A stretch of 64,000 bases of DNA from Planctomicrobium piriforme (GCA_945861585.1 CAMAVC010000004.1:450-64449); one strand, 5' to 3'. Numbered from the stretch's first letter, positions 47,569-56,255 are shown. Notes: a model not told the origin generated them from the letters alone. A program made the numbers and translations.

Positions 47569-47904
47569 ATGACACGGCACTTCGTTGCCGCCCTTGGCCT
47601 CGCGGCCGGGGCGATGCTGTTCGCCGCCACTCCGGCGCACGCACAGGCTCCAGGGCAGCAGGCCTACGGCCGCCAATGGGGCTATTCCGCCGCCACGCCC
47701 GACTGGAATCGCTTCTACCACTACCCGTACGTGTGGTATCCGCAAAACTTCTACGCCGACGCCTACTACCAGAGCGCGAACGACCTCTACTACCGCTATC
47801 CGCAAGAGATGCGAGTGCCGGTCTACAACCGCCGCTGGCAGAACGACTACCCGAAGTCGCGCCGCTACCACCAAGGCCACCACTTCCACCTCGACGTTTT
47901 TTAG
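47569..47904 (+). CDS. Small secreted Tyr/aromatic-rich protein
   Basis: Signal peptide MTRHFVAALGLAAGAMLFAATPAHA. Mature part is rich in Y, W and F (FYHYPYVWYPQNFYADAYYQSANDLYYRYPQ). Confidence 0.55.
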   Translation: MTRHFVAALGLAAGAMLFAATPAHAQAPGQQAYGRQWGYSAATPDWNRFYHYPYVWYPQNFYADAYYQSANDLYYRYPQEMRVPVYNRRWQNDYPKSRRYHQGHHFHLDVF

Positions 47905-47930
47905 CCGGCTGCATAGGGCTCGACTCAGAC

Positions 47931-48307
47931 GCGCCGGCTTCGGGCTCCCCATATCCCGTCGCCGGACGTTCGCCTTCGCCCTCCAGGCTACGGCTCACTC
48001 GGATTTGCCTGCGCTGCGCCATCCATGGCTCCGCTGGTCAAATACGCCGGCGAGCGGGACACGGGGAGCCCGAAGCCTCCTCCACTGGAACGGGGAGGCG
48101 AGGGGTTACCCCTGCCGTTGAGACGGCGTATGTGACCAGCGCAGGCAGGAAGCCGGAGCGCAGGCACATCCGAGCGAGCGGAGGCCAGGATGGCCGCAGT
48201 GAGCGTCCGGCGAGACGGTACGGGGTAACCCCGAGCCGGATTGGGCGCGTTGAGACATGACAGGCTGAAGCCTGTCCTACAACGGAACATGGGGAGCCCG
48301 AAGCCGG
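47931..48307. repeat. Repeat cluster R8: X unit + Y unit + T hairpin + orphan X terminus
   Basis: X at 47936-48077, Y at about 48098-48248, T at 48259-48276, and GGGGAGCCCGAAGCCGG at 48291-48307. Confidence 0.9.
48259..48276. repeat. T-hairpin module (not abutting a real stop codon)
   Basis: GACAGGCTGAAGCCTGTC. The nearest real stop (48324) is about 45 nt away. Confidence 0.9.
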
Positions 48308-48323
48308 CCCCCACTCCAACGCC

Positions 48324-48797
48324 TCACGCACGCAGGGCGGCGTCGCCGAGGTCGCGGATGTAGCGCTGCCGCATCTGCGCGAGCAGCATGCCCAGGAACA
48401 CGTTCAGGCCGAGCGAGAGGAAGAGCGCGATCAGGCTGCCGATCAGCCAGCCCCAGGGCTTGTCCGGCACCACGGACGTCGGCTGGGGCTCGTCGAGAAG
48501 CCGGGCCGACGACGGCGCGACCGCAGCGACGGGTGCGGCCCGGGGCCGCTTCTGCGCTTCGACGATCGATCGCTCCACGGCTGGCGGCCACGAGTCGGCC
48601 ACGTAGACCTTCACTCGGCGCACGTTGCGGGCGTCGGCCGGCACGTCGCTCGTGAACGTGTAGGGGTTGGCGTTGCGGACGAGGTCGGGCTCGACCCGCA
48701 TCAGATACTCGCCGCTCCCCTCCTCTGTCGGCACGTACGCCGTCTCGATGCCCGTCGCCAGGAGGCCGGCGAGGAGGAAGGCCATCTTGATGATCAT
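48324..48797 (-). CDS. Hypothetical protein with a signal peptide and a C-terminal TM anchor
   Basis: MIIKMAFLLAGLLATG... and C-terminal WGWLIGSLIALFLSLGLNVFLGMLL. Confidence 0.5.
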   Translation of the reverse strand: MIIKMAFLLAGLLATGIETAYVPTEEGSGEYLMRVEPDLVRNANPYTFTSDVPADARNVRRVKVYVADSWPPAVERSIVEAQKRPRAAPVAAVAPSSARLLDEPQPTSVVPDKPWGWLIGSLIALFLSLGLNVFLGMLLAQMRQRYIRDLGDAALRA

Positions 48798-48849
48798 GCG
48801 AGGGAAACTCCCAGGGTCGGGCGAGAACGGGCTCGGACGGGCAGCTCAG

Positions 48850-49959
48850 TCACGAGGATTTCACTCTGCCGGAGGGCGTTTGTGCAACTCCCGCCCCGGC
48901 GGCCTGCTCCGCGCCGGCCACGGACGGCTGAACGCCCGAGAAATGGTCGAGTTCGGTCTGGAGCATGGTGAGGGCGGCCTGGAGGAAAGCGACGGCGATC
49001 GGCCCCACGAAGATTCCGATCGGGCCGAGCGCCCCCACGCCGCCCAGCACGCTCAAGAGCGCGAGCAACGGATGCAGCTTCGACTGCCCGTGAAGCACGA
49101 TCGGCTTGATGATGTTGTCGACCGTTGACACCACGCACAGGCCCCACGCGGCAAGCCCGGCCGCGGTCCAGGTGTCTTTCACGAAGAACAGCAGATAGAG
49201 ACTGGCCGTGCCCCACACCGCCGCCGCGCCCACGAAGGGCACAAGGGCGCCGAAGAACGTCAGCAGCGTGAGCAGGAACACGCCCTTCAGCCCCGCCACG
49301 GAAAAGCCGATTCCCGCGAGCACGGCCTGCACGAGCGCGGCGAGGAGGGTCGATGACACGACGGCCCGACTCACCTCCTCGAACTCCTCGAGCAATTGCC
49401 ACTGGTAGCGCGGGTCGAGCGGCACGAGCCGCGTCACGGCGGCGAGCATGCGGCGGCCGTCGGCCAGGAAATAGAAGAGTGCGACGGTCATCACGATCAG
49501 CCCGATCACGAGCTTCACGATCACGACGGGCGTGCGGGCGGCGATCGGCCCGACCCACTCCTCGGCGAGTTTGCGGACCTCGGCGTTGACGGCGTCGGCA
49601 GTGAGATGGAGCCCGGTGGCGCTGTTCACCGACTCGACGAGCCCGCCGAGCACGTTGGCGTCGAGCTTGAGGCCGTCGGGCGCGCGGAGAATCGAAACGG
49701 CCTCTCCGCCGGCCCGGGCGATGAGCAGGAACAGCGGCACGAGCACGATCACGAGCACGAACAGCGTGGTCAACGCCGCCGCCACCCACTCCGGGCCCCG
49801 GATCCGATCCCGCAGCCAGCGGTGGAGCGGCCCGAAGATGACGACGAGCATCGCCGCCAGGAGCAGCGGCAAGAGGAAGCTCGACATCACCCGCAGCGAC
49901 AACAGGCCGAAGACAGCCACGAGGCCGAGGATCACTCCGAGGGAAACCAGGCGTGTCAT
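48850..49959 (-). CDS. AI-2E family transporter (PerM/UPF0118)
   Basis: 369 aa, polytopic, with the typical late motif VDNIIKPIVLHG. Confidence 0.85.
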   Translation of the reverse strand: MTRLVSLGVILGLVAVFGLLSLRVMSSFLLPLLLAAMLVVIFGPLHRWLRDRIRGPEWVAAALTTLFVLVIVLVPLFLLIARAGGEAVSILRAPDGLKLDANVLGGLVESVNSATGLHLTADAVNAEVRKLAEEWVGPIAARTPVVIVKLVIGLIVMTVALFYFLADGRRMLAAVTRLVPLDPRYQWQLLEEFEEVSRAVVSSTLLAALVQAVLAGIGFSVAGLKGVFLLTLLTFFGALVPFVGAAAVWGTASLYLLFFVKDTWTAAGLAAWGLCVVSTVDNIIKPIVLHGQSKLHPLLALLSVLGGVGALGPIGIFVGPIAVAFLQAALTMLQTELDHFSGVQPSVAGAEQAAGAGVAQTPSGRVKSS

Positions 49960-50151
49960 GAAAAACTCTCTCGTCCGCGGATCGCGACCGAACGGCCGCG
50001 TTCCCGTCTGACCCAGAGTCTACGCGGCGGCCAGCAGCCGCGCCAGCATGACATCCGGCCCGCATCGCGGGTATCCTCTTTCCCGGTCTCCGTCCCGCCT
50101 CCCGTGGCCGTCGGCCGCGACCTCCCCTCATCCGCCGGCCGTCGGCATCCC

Positions 50152-52362
50152 ATGCAGTCTCCCGACGTCTCCCTCGTGATTCCGGTGCGCGACGAAGCGG
50201 GCAATATCGGCTCGCTGATCGCCGAGATCCGGGCCACGCTCGACGCCGTCGGGCGGCCGTGGGAACTGTTCGTCGTCGATGATGGATCGAGCGACGCCTC
50301 GTGGAGCGAGATCGAGGCGGCCGCGGCGGCCGACCCGCGCGTGGCAGGCATTCGGCATCCCACGGGCCGCGGCAAGTCGGCGGCGCTCGCGGCCGGATTC
50401 GCCCGCTGCCAGGGCCGGTTCATCGTGATGCTCGACGGCGACGGCCAAGACGATCCGGCTGGAATCCCCGCGATGCTCGCCCGGCTCGAGCGCGACGGCG
50501 GCCCCCGGGCGGATCTCGTCAACGGCTGGAAAACGCCGCGGCTCGACCCCTGGCACAAGACACTGCCATCGAGAGTGTTCAACGGGCTCGTCGGCGCGCT
50601 CACCGGGCTGCATCTCCACGACCACAACTGCGGCCTGAAGGCGTTTCGCCGTGAGGTGGTGGACGGGCTCGCGCTCGACACGGGCATGCACCGCTTCATC
50701 CCTGTGCTCGCCGCGGCCCGGGGGTTTCGCGCCGTTGAAATGCCCGTGCATCACCGGCGGCGCACGCACGGCCGCTCGAAGTATGGAATCACGCGCTTTT
50801 TCGCCGGGCTCTACGACCTGGCCCGCGTCGCCATGCAGGTGCGCGGGCAGGGGCTGCTCGCGGCACAGGCTGCGCGCGGCATGTCGCGCGGCCGGTTGCG
50901 GCGCAGCGTGTATGCGATCTTCGCCACGCTGGCCGTCGGCGCGGTGCTGGGGCGGATCGGGGCCGTGGCCAGCGTCGACAAGCTCGCGCTCGAGAAGCGG
51001 CTCGTAACCGACGCCGTGGCCGCAGCCGCGGCAGCGGGCCTGCCGGCCGACCCAGCCGCCATCCGCACGCGGATCGAGACGGAGAAGCGACTCCTGCGGC
51101 CTTTTCTTTCGGCCAACGATCGTAGCCGCTGGCTCACGATCCGGGCTCTCGTGGAGCGGGGCACGTTCGCGATCGACGACCTCGTGGTCGAGCCGGGCTG
51201 GGACACGATCGACGCCGTCGCCCACCCCGATGCCACCGGCCGGATGCGGCTCTATTCGAGCAAGCCGCCGCTGCTCTCGGTGCTCTGCGCGGGGCCTTAT
51301 TGGCTGCTGCACGCTGCCACAGGCTGGACGCTCGGCGACCATCCATTCGAACTCGGTCGCTTGCTGATGGTGCTCTTCGGCCTCGTGCCGCTCCTCGTGA
51401 CGTTCCTCTACACCTTTCGGCTCATCGAGGCCACCGGCACCACCGACTGGGGCCGGCTGTGGGCCGCGGCGCTCGCCACCGGCGGCACGCTGCTCACGAC
51501 GTTTGCCGTCGTGCTCACCAACCACATCCCAGCCGCCGCGTGCACGGCGGCAAGCGCGTGGTATCTCCGCCGCATCCGCTGCGACGGCGTCCGCTCGCCC
51601 GCCACCTTCGCGGCCGCCGGCCTCGCCGCGGGCCTGGCCGCTGCGTTCGAACTCCCCGCCCTCGCGTGGTGCGCGGCGGTGTTCGCGATCCTGGCCGCCA
51701 CCGACGCCCGGCGCACGATCGCGGCGGCCCTGCCAGCGGCGGCGCTCGTGGCCGCCGCGGCGATCGGCACCAACTGGCTCGCCCATGGCACGCCGGTGCC
51801 CGCTTACGCTCATCGAGCCGGCGCCGACAACTGGTACGACTACGCCATCACGCTCCCGAACGGCAAGGTGCTCACGAGCTATTGGCGCACCCCACAGGGT
51901 GTCGACCGGGGCGAGGCGTCGCCCGTCGTCTACGCCTGGCACGCGCTCGTCGGCCACCACGGCATCGTGTCGCTCACGCCCGCATGGCTGCTCGTGGTGC
52001 CAGGTCTCGCGGGGCTGGCGGCCCGCGGCCGTCGGTCGAGCCCGCACGAACGATCCCTGGGGCTCGCGATCGCGGCCGTATCGGCGATCGTGATCGTGTT
52101 TTACCTCACCCGATCCCAGGCAGATCGCAACTATGGCGGCGTGTCGAGCGGGTTTCGCTGGGTGTTTTGGCTCGCCCCCCTGTGGGTCATCGCCACGCTG
52201 CCGGCCATCGACCGGCTCGCAGGGCAGCGGCTCGGCCGCGGCATCGCGCTCACCCTGCTCGCACTGTCGTTCGTGTCGGTCGCCTTTCCGACCTGGAATC
52301 CCTGGACGCCCCCCTGGATCTCGCAGTGGATGGCCCATGCGGGCTGGCTGCCGCCGTCATGA
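50152..52362 (+). CDS. Fusion of a GT2 polyprenyl-phosphate glycosyltransferase-like domain with a polytopic GT-C (ArnT/PMT-like) membrane domain
   Basis: N-terminal VSLVIPVRDEAGNI, VVDDGSSDAS and LDGDGQDDP. The C-terminal half has more than 8 hydrophobic helices, an acidic first loop (FAIDDLVVEPGWDTID) and a YSSKPPLL motif. ATG at 50152 chosen. Confidence 0.75.
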   Translation: MQSPDVSLVIPVRDEAGNIGSLIAEIRATLDAVGRPWELFVVDDGSSDASWSEIEAAAAADPRVAGIRHPTGRGKSAALAAGFARCQGRFIVMLDGDGQDDPAGIPAMLARLERDGGPRADLVNGWKTPRLDPWHKTLPSRVFNGLVGALTGLHLHDHNCGLKAFRREVVDGLALDTGMHRFIPVLAAARGFRAVEMPVHHRRRTHGRSKYGITRFFAGLYDLARVAMQVRGQGLLAAQAARGMSRGRLRRSVYAIFATLAVGAVLGRIGAVASVDKLALEKRLVTDAVAAAAAAGLPADPAAIRTRIETEKRLLRPFLSANDRSRWLTIRALVERGTFAIDDLVVEPGWDTIDAVAHPDATGRMRLYSSKPPLLSVLCAGPYWLLHAATGWTLGDHPFELGRLLMVLFGLVPLLVTFLYTFRLIEATGTTDWGRLWAAALATGGTLLTTFAVVLTNHIPAAACTAASAWYLRRIRCDGVRSPATFAAAGLAAGLAAAFELPALAWCAAVFAILAATDARRTIAAALPAAALVAAAAIGTNWLAHGTPVPAYAHRAGADNWYDYAITLPNGKVLTSYWRTPQGVDRGEASPVVYAWHALVGHHGIVSLTPAWLLVVPGLAGLAARGRRSSPHERSLGLAIAAVSAIVIVFYLTRSQADRNYGGVSSGFRWVFWLAPLWVIATLPAIDRLAGQRLGRGIALTLLALSFVSVAFPTWNPWTPPWISQWMAHAGWLPPS

Positions 52363-53103
52363 GGCGATAGCTTCCCGGACCTCGGTGGGCCAGCTCCGTG
52401 GCAGTGCCGCTTCGATCGTGATCGCCGCGCCCGTGTCGGGATCGGTATAGCGGATCTGCCACGCATGCAGGGCGATCGCCTGCTGCCGCGGGTCGACGGT
52501 CGGAGCGAATGCCGGCAGCGATGACTCTCCCGAGCCGTACTGTGAGTCGCCGACGAGGTGCAGGCCGCGGCTGGCAGCCTGCACCCGCAGCTGATGCATG
52601 CGCCCGCTGAGCGGCTCGAGCCTCAGGAGCAGCATCCCCGGCAGCGGGTGAGCGAGCGTTCGCACGAGCGTGACGGCCTCGCGGGCCCCGGGCTCGGCCG
52701 CTCCGGCTATCCGAGCCCGCGGTTCGTGCGGCACCTTCACGAGCATGTCTCGCCACTCCGTTTCGTGCGCATCGAGCGCATCCGTGCCGGCGTGTTCGAC
52801 GATCGCAAGATATGCCTTCGAGATCTCCCGGCGCTCGAACTGCCGGGAGAGCTTGCGGGCGGCCCGCGGGGTGACGGCCAAAAGCAGCACGCCTGAGACG
52901 GCCCGATCGAGCCGATGCGGCACTCCGAGATACGCCCCGGCATCGAGCCGGGCCCGCAGCCACGCCTCCGCGCTCGGCATGCCAGGGGGGGCCTGCGTGG
53001 CCAGGCCCGCGGGCTTGGCCACGGCCACCACCCCTCCGCGCTCGGCGAGCAGGGTCGGCAAGAAATCCGTGTCTGTTTCCTGGGGATCAAATCCCTCTTT
53101 CAT
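52357..53103 (-). CDS. RluA-family pseudouridine synthase
   Basis: Catalytic HRLDRAVSGVLLLA. Convergent 6-nt overlap with the glycosyltransferase gene. Confidence 0.85.
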   Translation of the reverse strand: MKEGFDPQETDTDFLPTLLAERGGVVAVAKPAGLATQAPPGMPSAEAWLRARLDAGAYLGVPHRLDRAVSGVLLLAVTPRAARKLSRQFERREISKAYLAIVEHAGTDALDAHETEWRDMLVKVPHEPRARIAGAAEPGAREAVTLVRTLAHPLPGMLLLRLEPLSGRMHQLRVQAASRGLHLVGDSQYGSGESSLPAFAPTVDPRQQAIALHAWQIRYTDPDTGAAITIEAALPRSWPTEVREAIAS

Positions 53104-53141
53104 ATGCCCCCCCAGTCGGATAAGTTTTCGGCGCACAACGA

Positions 53142-53786
53142 ATGAGGTCCATCATGCCAACGAAACTGCTCATCGTCGACGACCACGAAATGGTTCGTCG
53201 CGGCATCGCGGAGATGGTCGGCACCGCCGACGTCCAGGTCGTGGCCGAGGCAGCCGACGGCGACGCCGGCGTCAGCGCGGCCCGGCGGCACAAGCCCGAC
53301 GTGGTCCTGCTCGACGTGCGCATGAATGGCCAGGACGGCATCGATGCCATCAAGCGCATCCGCTCGGCCGCGCCCCACGCCCGCGTGGTCATGCTCTCGG
53401 CATTCGACAACTCCACCTACGTGGCCCGTGCCGTGTCCGCCGGTGCCCATGACTACGTCCTCAAGACGGCCTCCCGCAAGGAACTGCTCGAGGCGATCGG
53501 CGGAGCGGCCAAAAACGCCGCACCTTCCCGGTCAGGTGAATTCCGCCGGGTCGCCGGCGCGATGGCCAAGCGCGAGGTGTCGACCGCGACCGACGTGCCG
53601 CTCACGCCCCGCGAAACGCAGGTGCTCCGCCAGGTGGCGCTCGGCCTGTCGAATCGAGAGATCGCCGACGCGCTCGAGATCAGCATCGAAACGGTGAAGG
53701 AGCACGTGCAAAACCTGCTCCGCAAGACCGCCCTCGACGACCGCACCCAGGCCGCCGTGTGGGCCATCCGCCACGGCATCGCCTGA
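53142..53786 (+). CDS. NarL/LuxR-family response regulator (no kinase gene nearby)
   Basis: KLLIVDDHEMVRRG...DVVLLDVRMNGQDG. HTH LTPRETQVLRQVALGLSNREIADAL. The start could be the ATG at 53154. Confidence 0.9.
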   Translation: MRSIMPTKLLIVDDHEMVRRGIAEMVGTADVQVVAEAADGDAGVSAARRHKPDVVLLDVRMNGQDGIDAIKRIRSAAPHARVVMLSAFDNSTYVARAVSAGAHDYVLKTASRKELLEAIGGAAKNAAPSRSGEFRRVAGAMAKREVSTATDVPLTPRETQVLRQVALGLSNREIADALEISIETVKEHVQNLLRKTALDDRTQAAVWAIRHGIA

Positions 53787-53805
53787 GCCCGGTCATTCCT
53801 CCAGC

Positions 53806-54165
53806 TCAGGACTCGAGCCGCTTGAGCGCCGCGACCGCGGCAAGCGCCCGATCGGCCGTGCCGAAGTGGCTCACGAGCCGCTTGGCGGCGATCAAGTCCT
53901 CGACGGAGATCGGGCCGCCTCGCCCGCCGACAGGCCGCTGCACCTTCCCGGCGCCCGCCTCGGCGGCACGCCGCTTCCGCGGCCGGAAGCCCATCCGCTT
54001 GAGCACCATGCTCACCTGCGGCGACGACACCTCGACACCCTGCTTCTTGAGCTGAGCGATGATCACGATCGGCCGCGGCTTCTCACCCTTCTCCTTCATT
54101 GCAGCAGCGATGCGGCGGATCTCGGCGGACTTGTTCACATCTTTTGCGGGCTTCTTCTCGACCAT
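53806..54165 (-). CDS. Small basic hypothetical protein, possibly nucleic-acid binding
   Basis: 119 aa, Lys/Arg-rich, with RPRKRR and GGRGGP tracts between two helical segments. Confidence 0.45.
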   Translation of the reverse strand: MVEKKPAKDVNKSAEIRRIAAAMKEKGEKPRPIVIIAQLKKQGVEVSSPQVSMVLKRMGFRPRKRRAAEAGAGKVQRPVGGRGGPISVEDLIAAKRLVSHFGTADRALAAVAALKRLES

Positions 54166-54288
54166 GGGAAATCGCGCTCCTCGGCGTCGGGTGACTGTTA
54201 TCTCAGTGTTACTAACACCCGGATTACACTACACTCACACCCGGGTCGCAACCCCCTCCCGCGCTTCTTTCCCACCCCCCGGCGCTCC

Positions 54289-54738
54289 ATGCCCACGTTT
54301 GATTATTCCTTCACCGTGCCGGCGCCGCTCGCAGCCGTCCAGAAATTTCACAGCGACACGAGCGCCTTGAAGCGGCTCACGCCCCCGCCCACGATCGTGC
54401 ACTTGCACTCGATCGAGCCTCTCGCAGAGGGCTCCGTGTCGAAGTTCACGCTCTGGGTGGGCCCGCTGCCGCTGCACTGGACGGCGGTGCATCGCAACGT
54501 CTCGCCCCACGGCTTCACCGACGTGCAGGCCTCGGGCCCGGCCGCCCGCTGGGAGCACACGCACACCTTCACGCCGCTCGACTCGTCGACGACCCGCATC
54601 GACGAACACATCGAATTCGAGCACAAGCCGGGCTTCTGGGGCGTGGTGACGCGCCTGCTCTTCTCGCGGCCCAACCTGACCCTGATGTTCTTCTACCGCA
54701 AGCTCGCCACGCAGTATTACCTGCGAAAGCAGGCATAG
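54289..54738 (+). CDS. SRPBCC (START/cyclase-dehydrase-like) ligand-binding domain protein
   Basis: MPTFDYSFTVPAPLAAVQKFHSD... with GPLPLHWTAVH and WEHTHTF strings typical of this fold. Confidence 0.7.
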   Translation: MPTFDYSFTVPAPLAAVQKFHSDTSALKRLTPPPTIVHLHSIEPLAEGSVSKFTLWVGPLPLHWTAVHRNVSPHGFTDVQASGPAARWEHTHTFTPLDSSTTRIDEHIEFEHKPGFWGVVTRLLFSRPNLTLMFFYRKLATQYYLRKQA

Positions 54739-54772
54739 GGCGATCGCGGTGATGTCGCCAGATAGTCAGGGC

Positions 54773-55178
54773 ACCGGCTTCGGGCTCCCCATATCCCGTC
54801 GCCGGACGTTCGCCTTCGCCCTCCAGGCTTCGGCTCACTCGGATTGGCCTGCGCTGCCTGGAGCGCATTCGCTGCGCCATCCATGGCTCCGCTGGTCAAA
54901 TACGCCGGCGAGCGGGACAGGGGGAGCCCGAAGCCTCCTCAACGAAAGCCCGAGGCGTAAGCCGAGAGGATGCCCCGGTGACGAAACACGACGCGTATTC
55001 CCTTCGGCTCACGCCTCGGGCTTCCAGACGGGGAGGCTCGGGGTTACCCCTACCGTTGAGCCGGCGTAGCTGACCAGCGCAGCCAGGATGGCGCAGCGCA
55101 GGCAGGTCCGAGCGAACGGAGCCCATGGATGGGCGCAGTGAGCGTCCGGCGAGACGGTACGGGGTAACCCCGAGCCGG
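54773..55178. repeat. Repeat cluster R9: X unit + H hairpin + Y unit
   Basis: X at 54776-54935, H at about 54936-55033, and Y at about 55034-55178 bounded by GGCTCGGGGTTACCCC / GGGGTAACCCCGAGCC. Confidence 0.9.
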
Positions 55179-55225
55179 CACCTACCGGCAACGCAGCGAG
55201 CATCCGGCGTGCCGGAAAAAAGCAG

Positions 55226-55299
55226 TGCCTCGTCTTGGACTCGAACCAAGAACCCTCTGATTAAGAGTCAGATGCTCTGACCAATTGAGCTAACGAGGC
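55226..55299 (-). tRNA. tRNA-Lys (anticodon CTT)
   Basis: Manual fold: acceptor GCCTCGT/ACGAGGC, D arm GCTC/GAGC, anticodon stem TCTGA/TCAGA with loop CTCTTAA, T arm CTTGG-TTCGAGT-CCAAG, discriminator A. CCA is not encoded. Confidence 0.95.
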
Positions 55300-55430
55300 T
55301 ACGGCATGTTTTCTACCGTTGCGCACGCCGGCCGACAAGGCCCGGGCGAACCGCCCGCGTTGAGGGATTCTCGGGCAGCGGCTACATTTCCGCCGTCCCG
55401 GTACGGTGTTCACGAGTCTGGAGGTTTGGC

Positions 55431-56255
55431 ATGGGCAGGTTCGATGGGCTGAAGGGTCTGGTGCTCGGCGTGGCCAACGATCATTCGATCGCGTGGTATA
55501 TCGCCAAAGAGATTCTCGCCGAGGGAGGCCAGATCGGCTTCACCCACCTGCCCGACAAGCCCGACGACGAGCGGCAGCGGAACCGTCGCCGCGTGGCCCT
55601 GCTCACCGATCCCGAGCCCAACGCGAAGTTTCTCGTGCCGATGGACGTGTCGAGCGACGAGCAGATCGCGGCCGTGATGGACCGGGCGAAGCAGGAGTTC
55701 GGCACGATCGACTTCCTGCTCCACTCGATCGCCTACGCCCCGATGGAAGACCTCAAGGGCGAGACCACCAATTGCAGCCGCGAGGGCTTCCGGATCGCGA
55801 TGGAGACGAGCGCCTACAGCCTGCTCGCCGTCGGCCGGCTCGCCCGGGGCATCCTCGCCAAGGACGCCTCGATCCTCACGCTCACCTACTTCGGCGGCGA
55901 GAAGGTCGTGCCCGGCTACAACATCATGGGCGTCTGCAAGGCGACGCTCGACGCCTGCGTGAAGTACATGTCGTACGACCTCGGGCCCGCCGGTATTCGG
56001 GTGAATGCGGTGAGCGCGGGTCCGCTGCGGACGCTCGCCGGCCGCGGCGCGGGCGTCGAAGACATGCTCGACCTCTACGAGCACATGTCGCCCATGGGCC
56101 GCAACATCACCCACGAAGAAGTCGGCAAGACGGGTGCGTTTTTGCTCTCGCGGGATGCCGGCGGGATTACCGGCGAGATTCTCCACGTCGACGCGGGCTA
56201 CAACGTGATGGGCTCGCCCGGGCGGCTCCTCAATCTCGTGCAGAAGCCCGCGTAA
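55431..56255 (+). CDS. fabI: Enoyl-[acyl-carrier-protein] reductase (NADH)
   Basis: GLVLGVANDHSIAWYIAK and Y-x6-K region MGVCKATLDA. GGAGG SD. Confidence 0.92.
   Translation: MGRFDGLKGLVLGVANDHSIAWYIAKEILAEGGQIGFTHLPDKPDDERQRNRRRVALLTDPEPNAKFLVPMDVSSDEQIAAVMDRAKQEFGTIDFLLHSIAYAPMEDLKGETTNCSREGFRIAMETSAYSLLAVGRLARGILAKDASILTLTYFGGEKVVPGYNIMGVCKATLDACVKYMSYDLGPAGIRVNAVSAGPLRTLAGRGAGVEDMLDLYEHMSPMGRNITHEEVGKTGAFLLSRDAGGITGEILHVDAGYNVMGSPGRLLNLVQKPA

Noticed and set aside
44545-47952. 1135-aa ORF on the minus strand spanning the MscS gene, the MBL gene and intergenic DNA
   Set aside because: It is antisense to two genes with clear family motifs and crosses non-coding DNA and repeat R8. The translation is Arg/Glu/Asp/His/Gly-rich junk, typical of shadow ORFs in very GC-rich DNA. 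The same reasoning applies to 42570-45644 (+), 9719-11632 (+), 18927-20597 (-), 22464-24239 (-), 2882-4303 (-), 5605-6840 (+), 50128-52338 (-) and 62319-63743 (-).
632-55069. Recurring peptide strings in short ORFs within the repeats (for example EARGVSRREYA.CFATGASSRL and AYVTSEAMDGAAQA in ORFs 632-907, 4934-5140, 23989-24207, 37443-37727 and 54749-55069)
   Set aside because: They recur because the DNA is repeated. The strings appear in different frames and on both strands. The ORFs lack start contexts and are interrupted differently in each copy. I treat them as non-coding repeat modules.
634-55178. The repeats as CRISPR arrays
   Set aside because: There are no regularly spaced identical short repeats with unique spacers. 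The units are 100-160 nt, occur in both orientations, and sit singly or in mixed mosaics. No cas genes are in the window.
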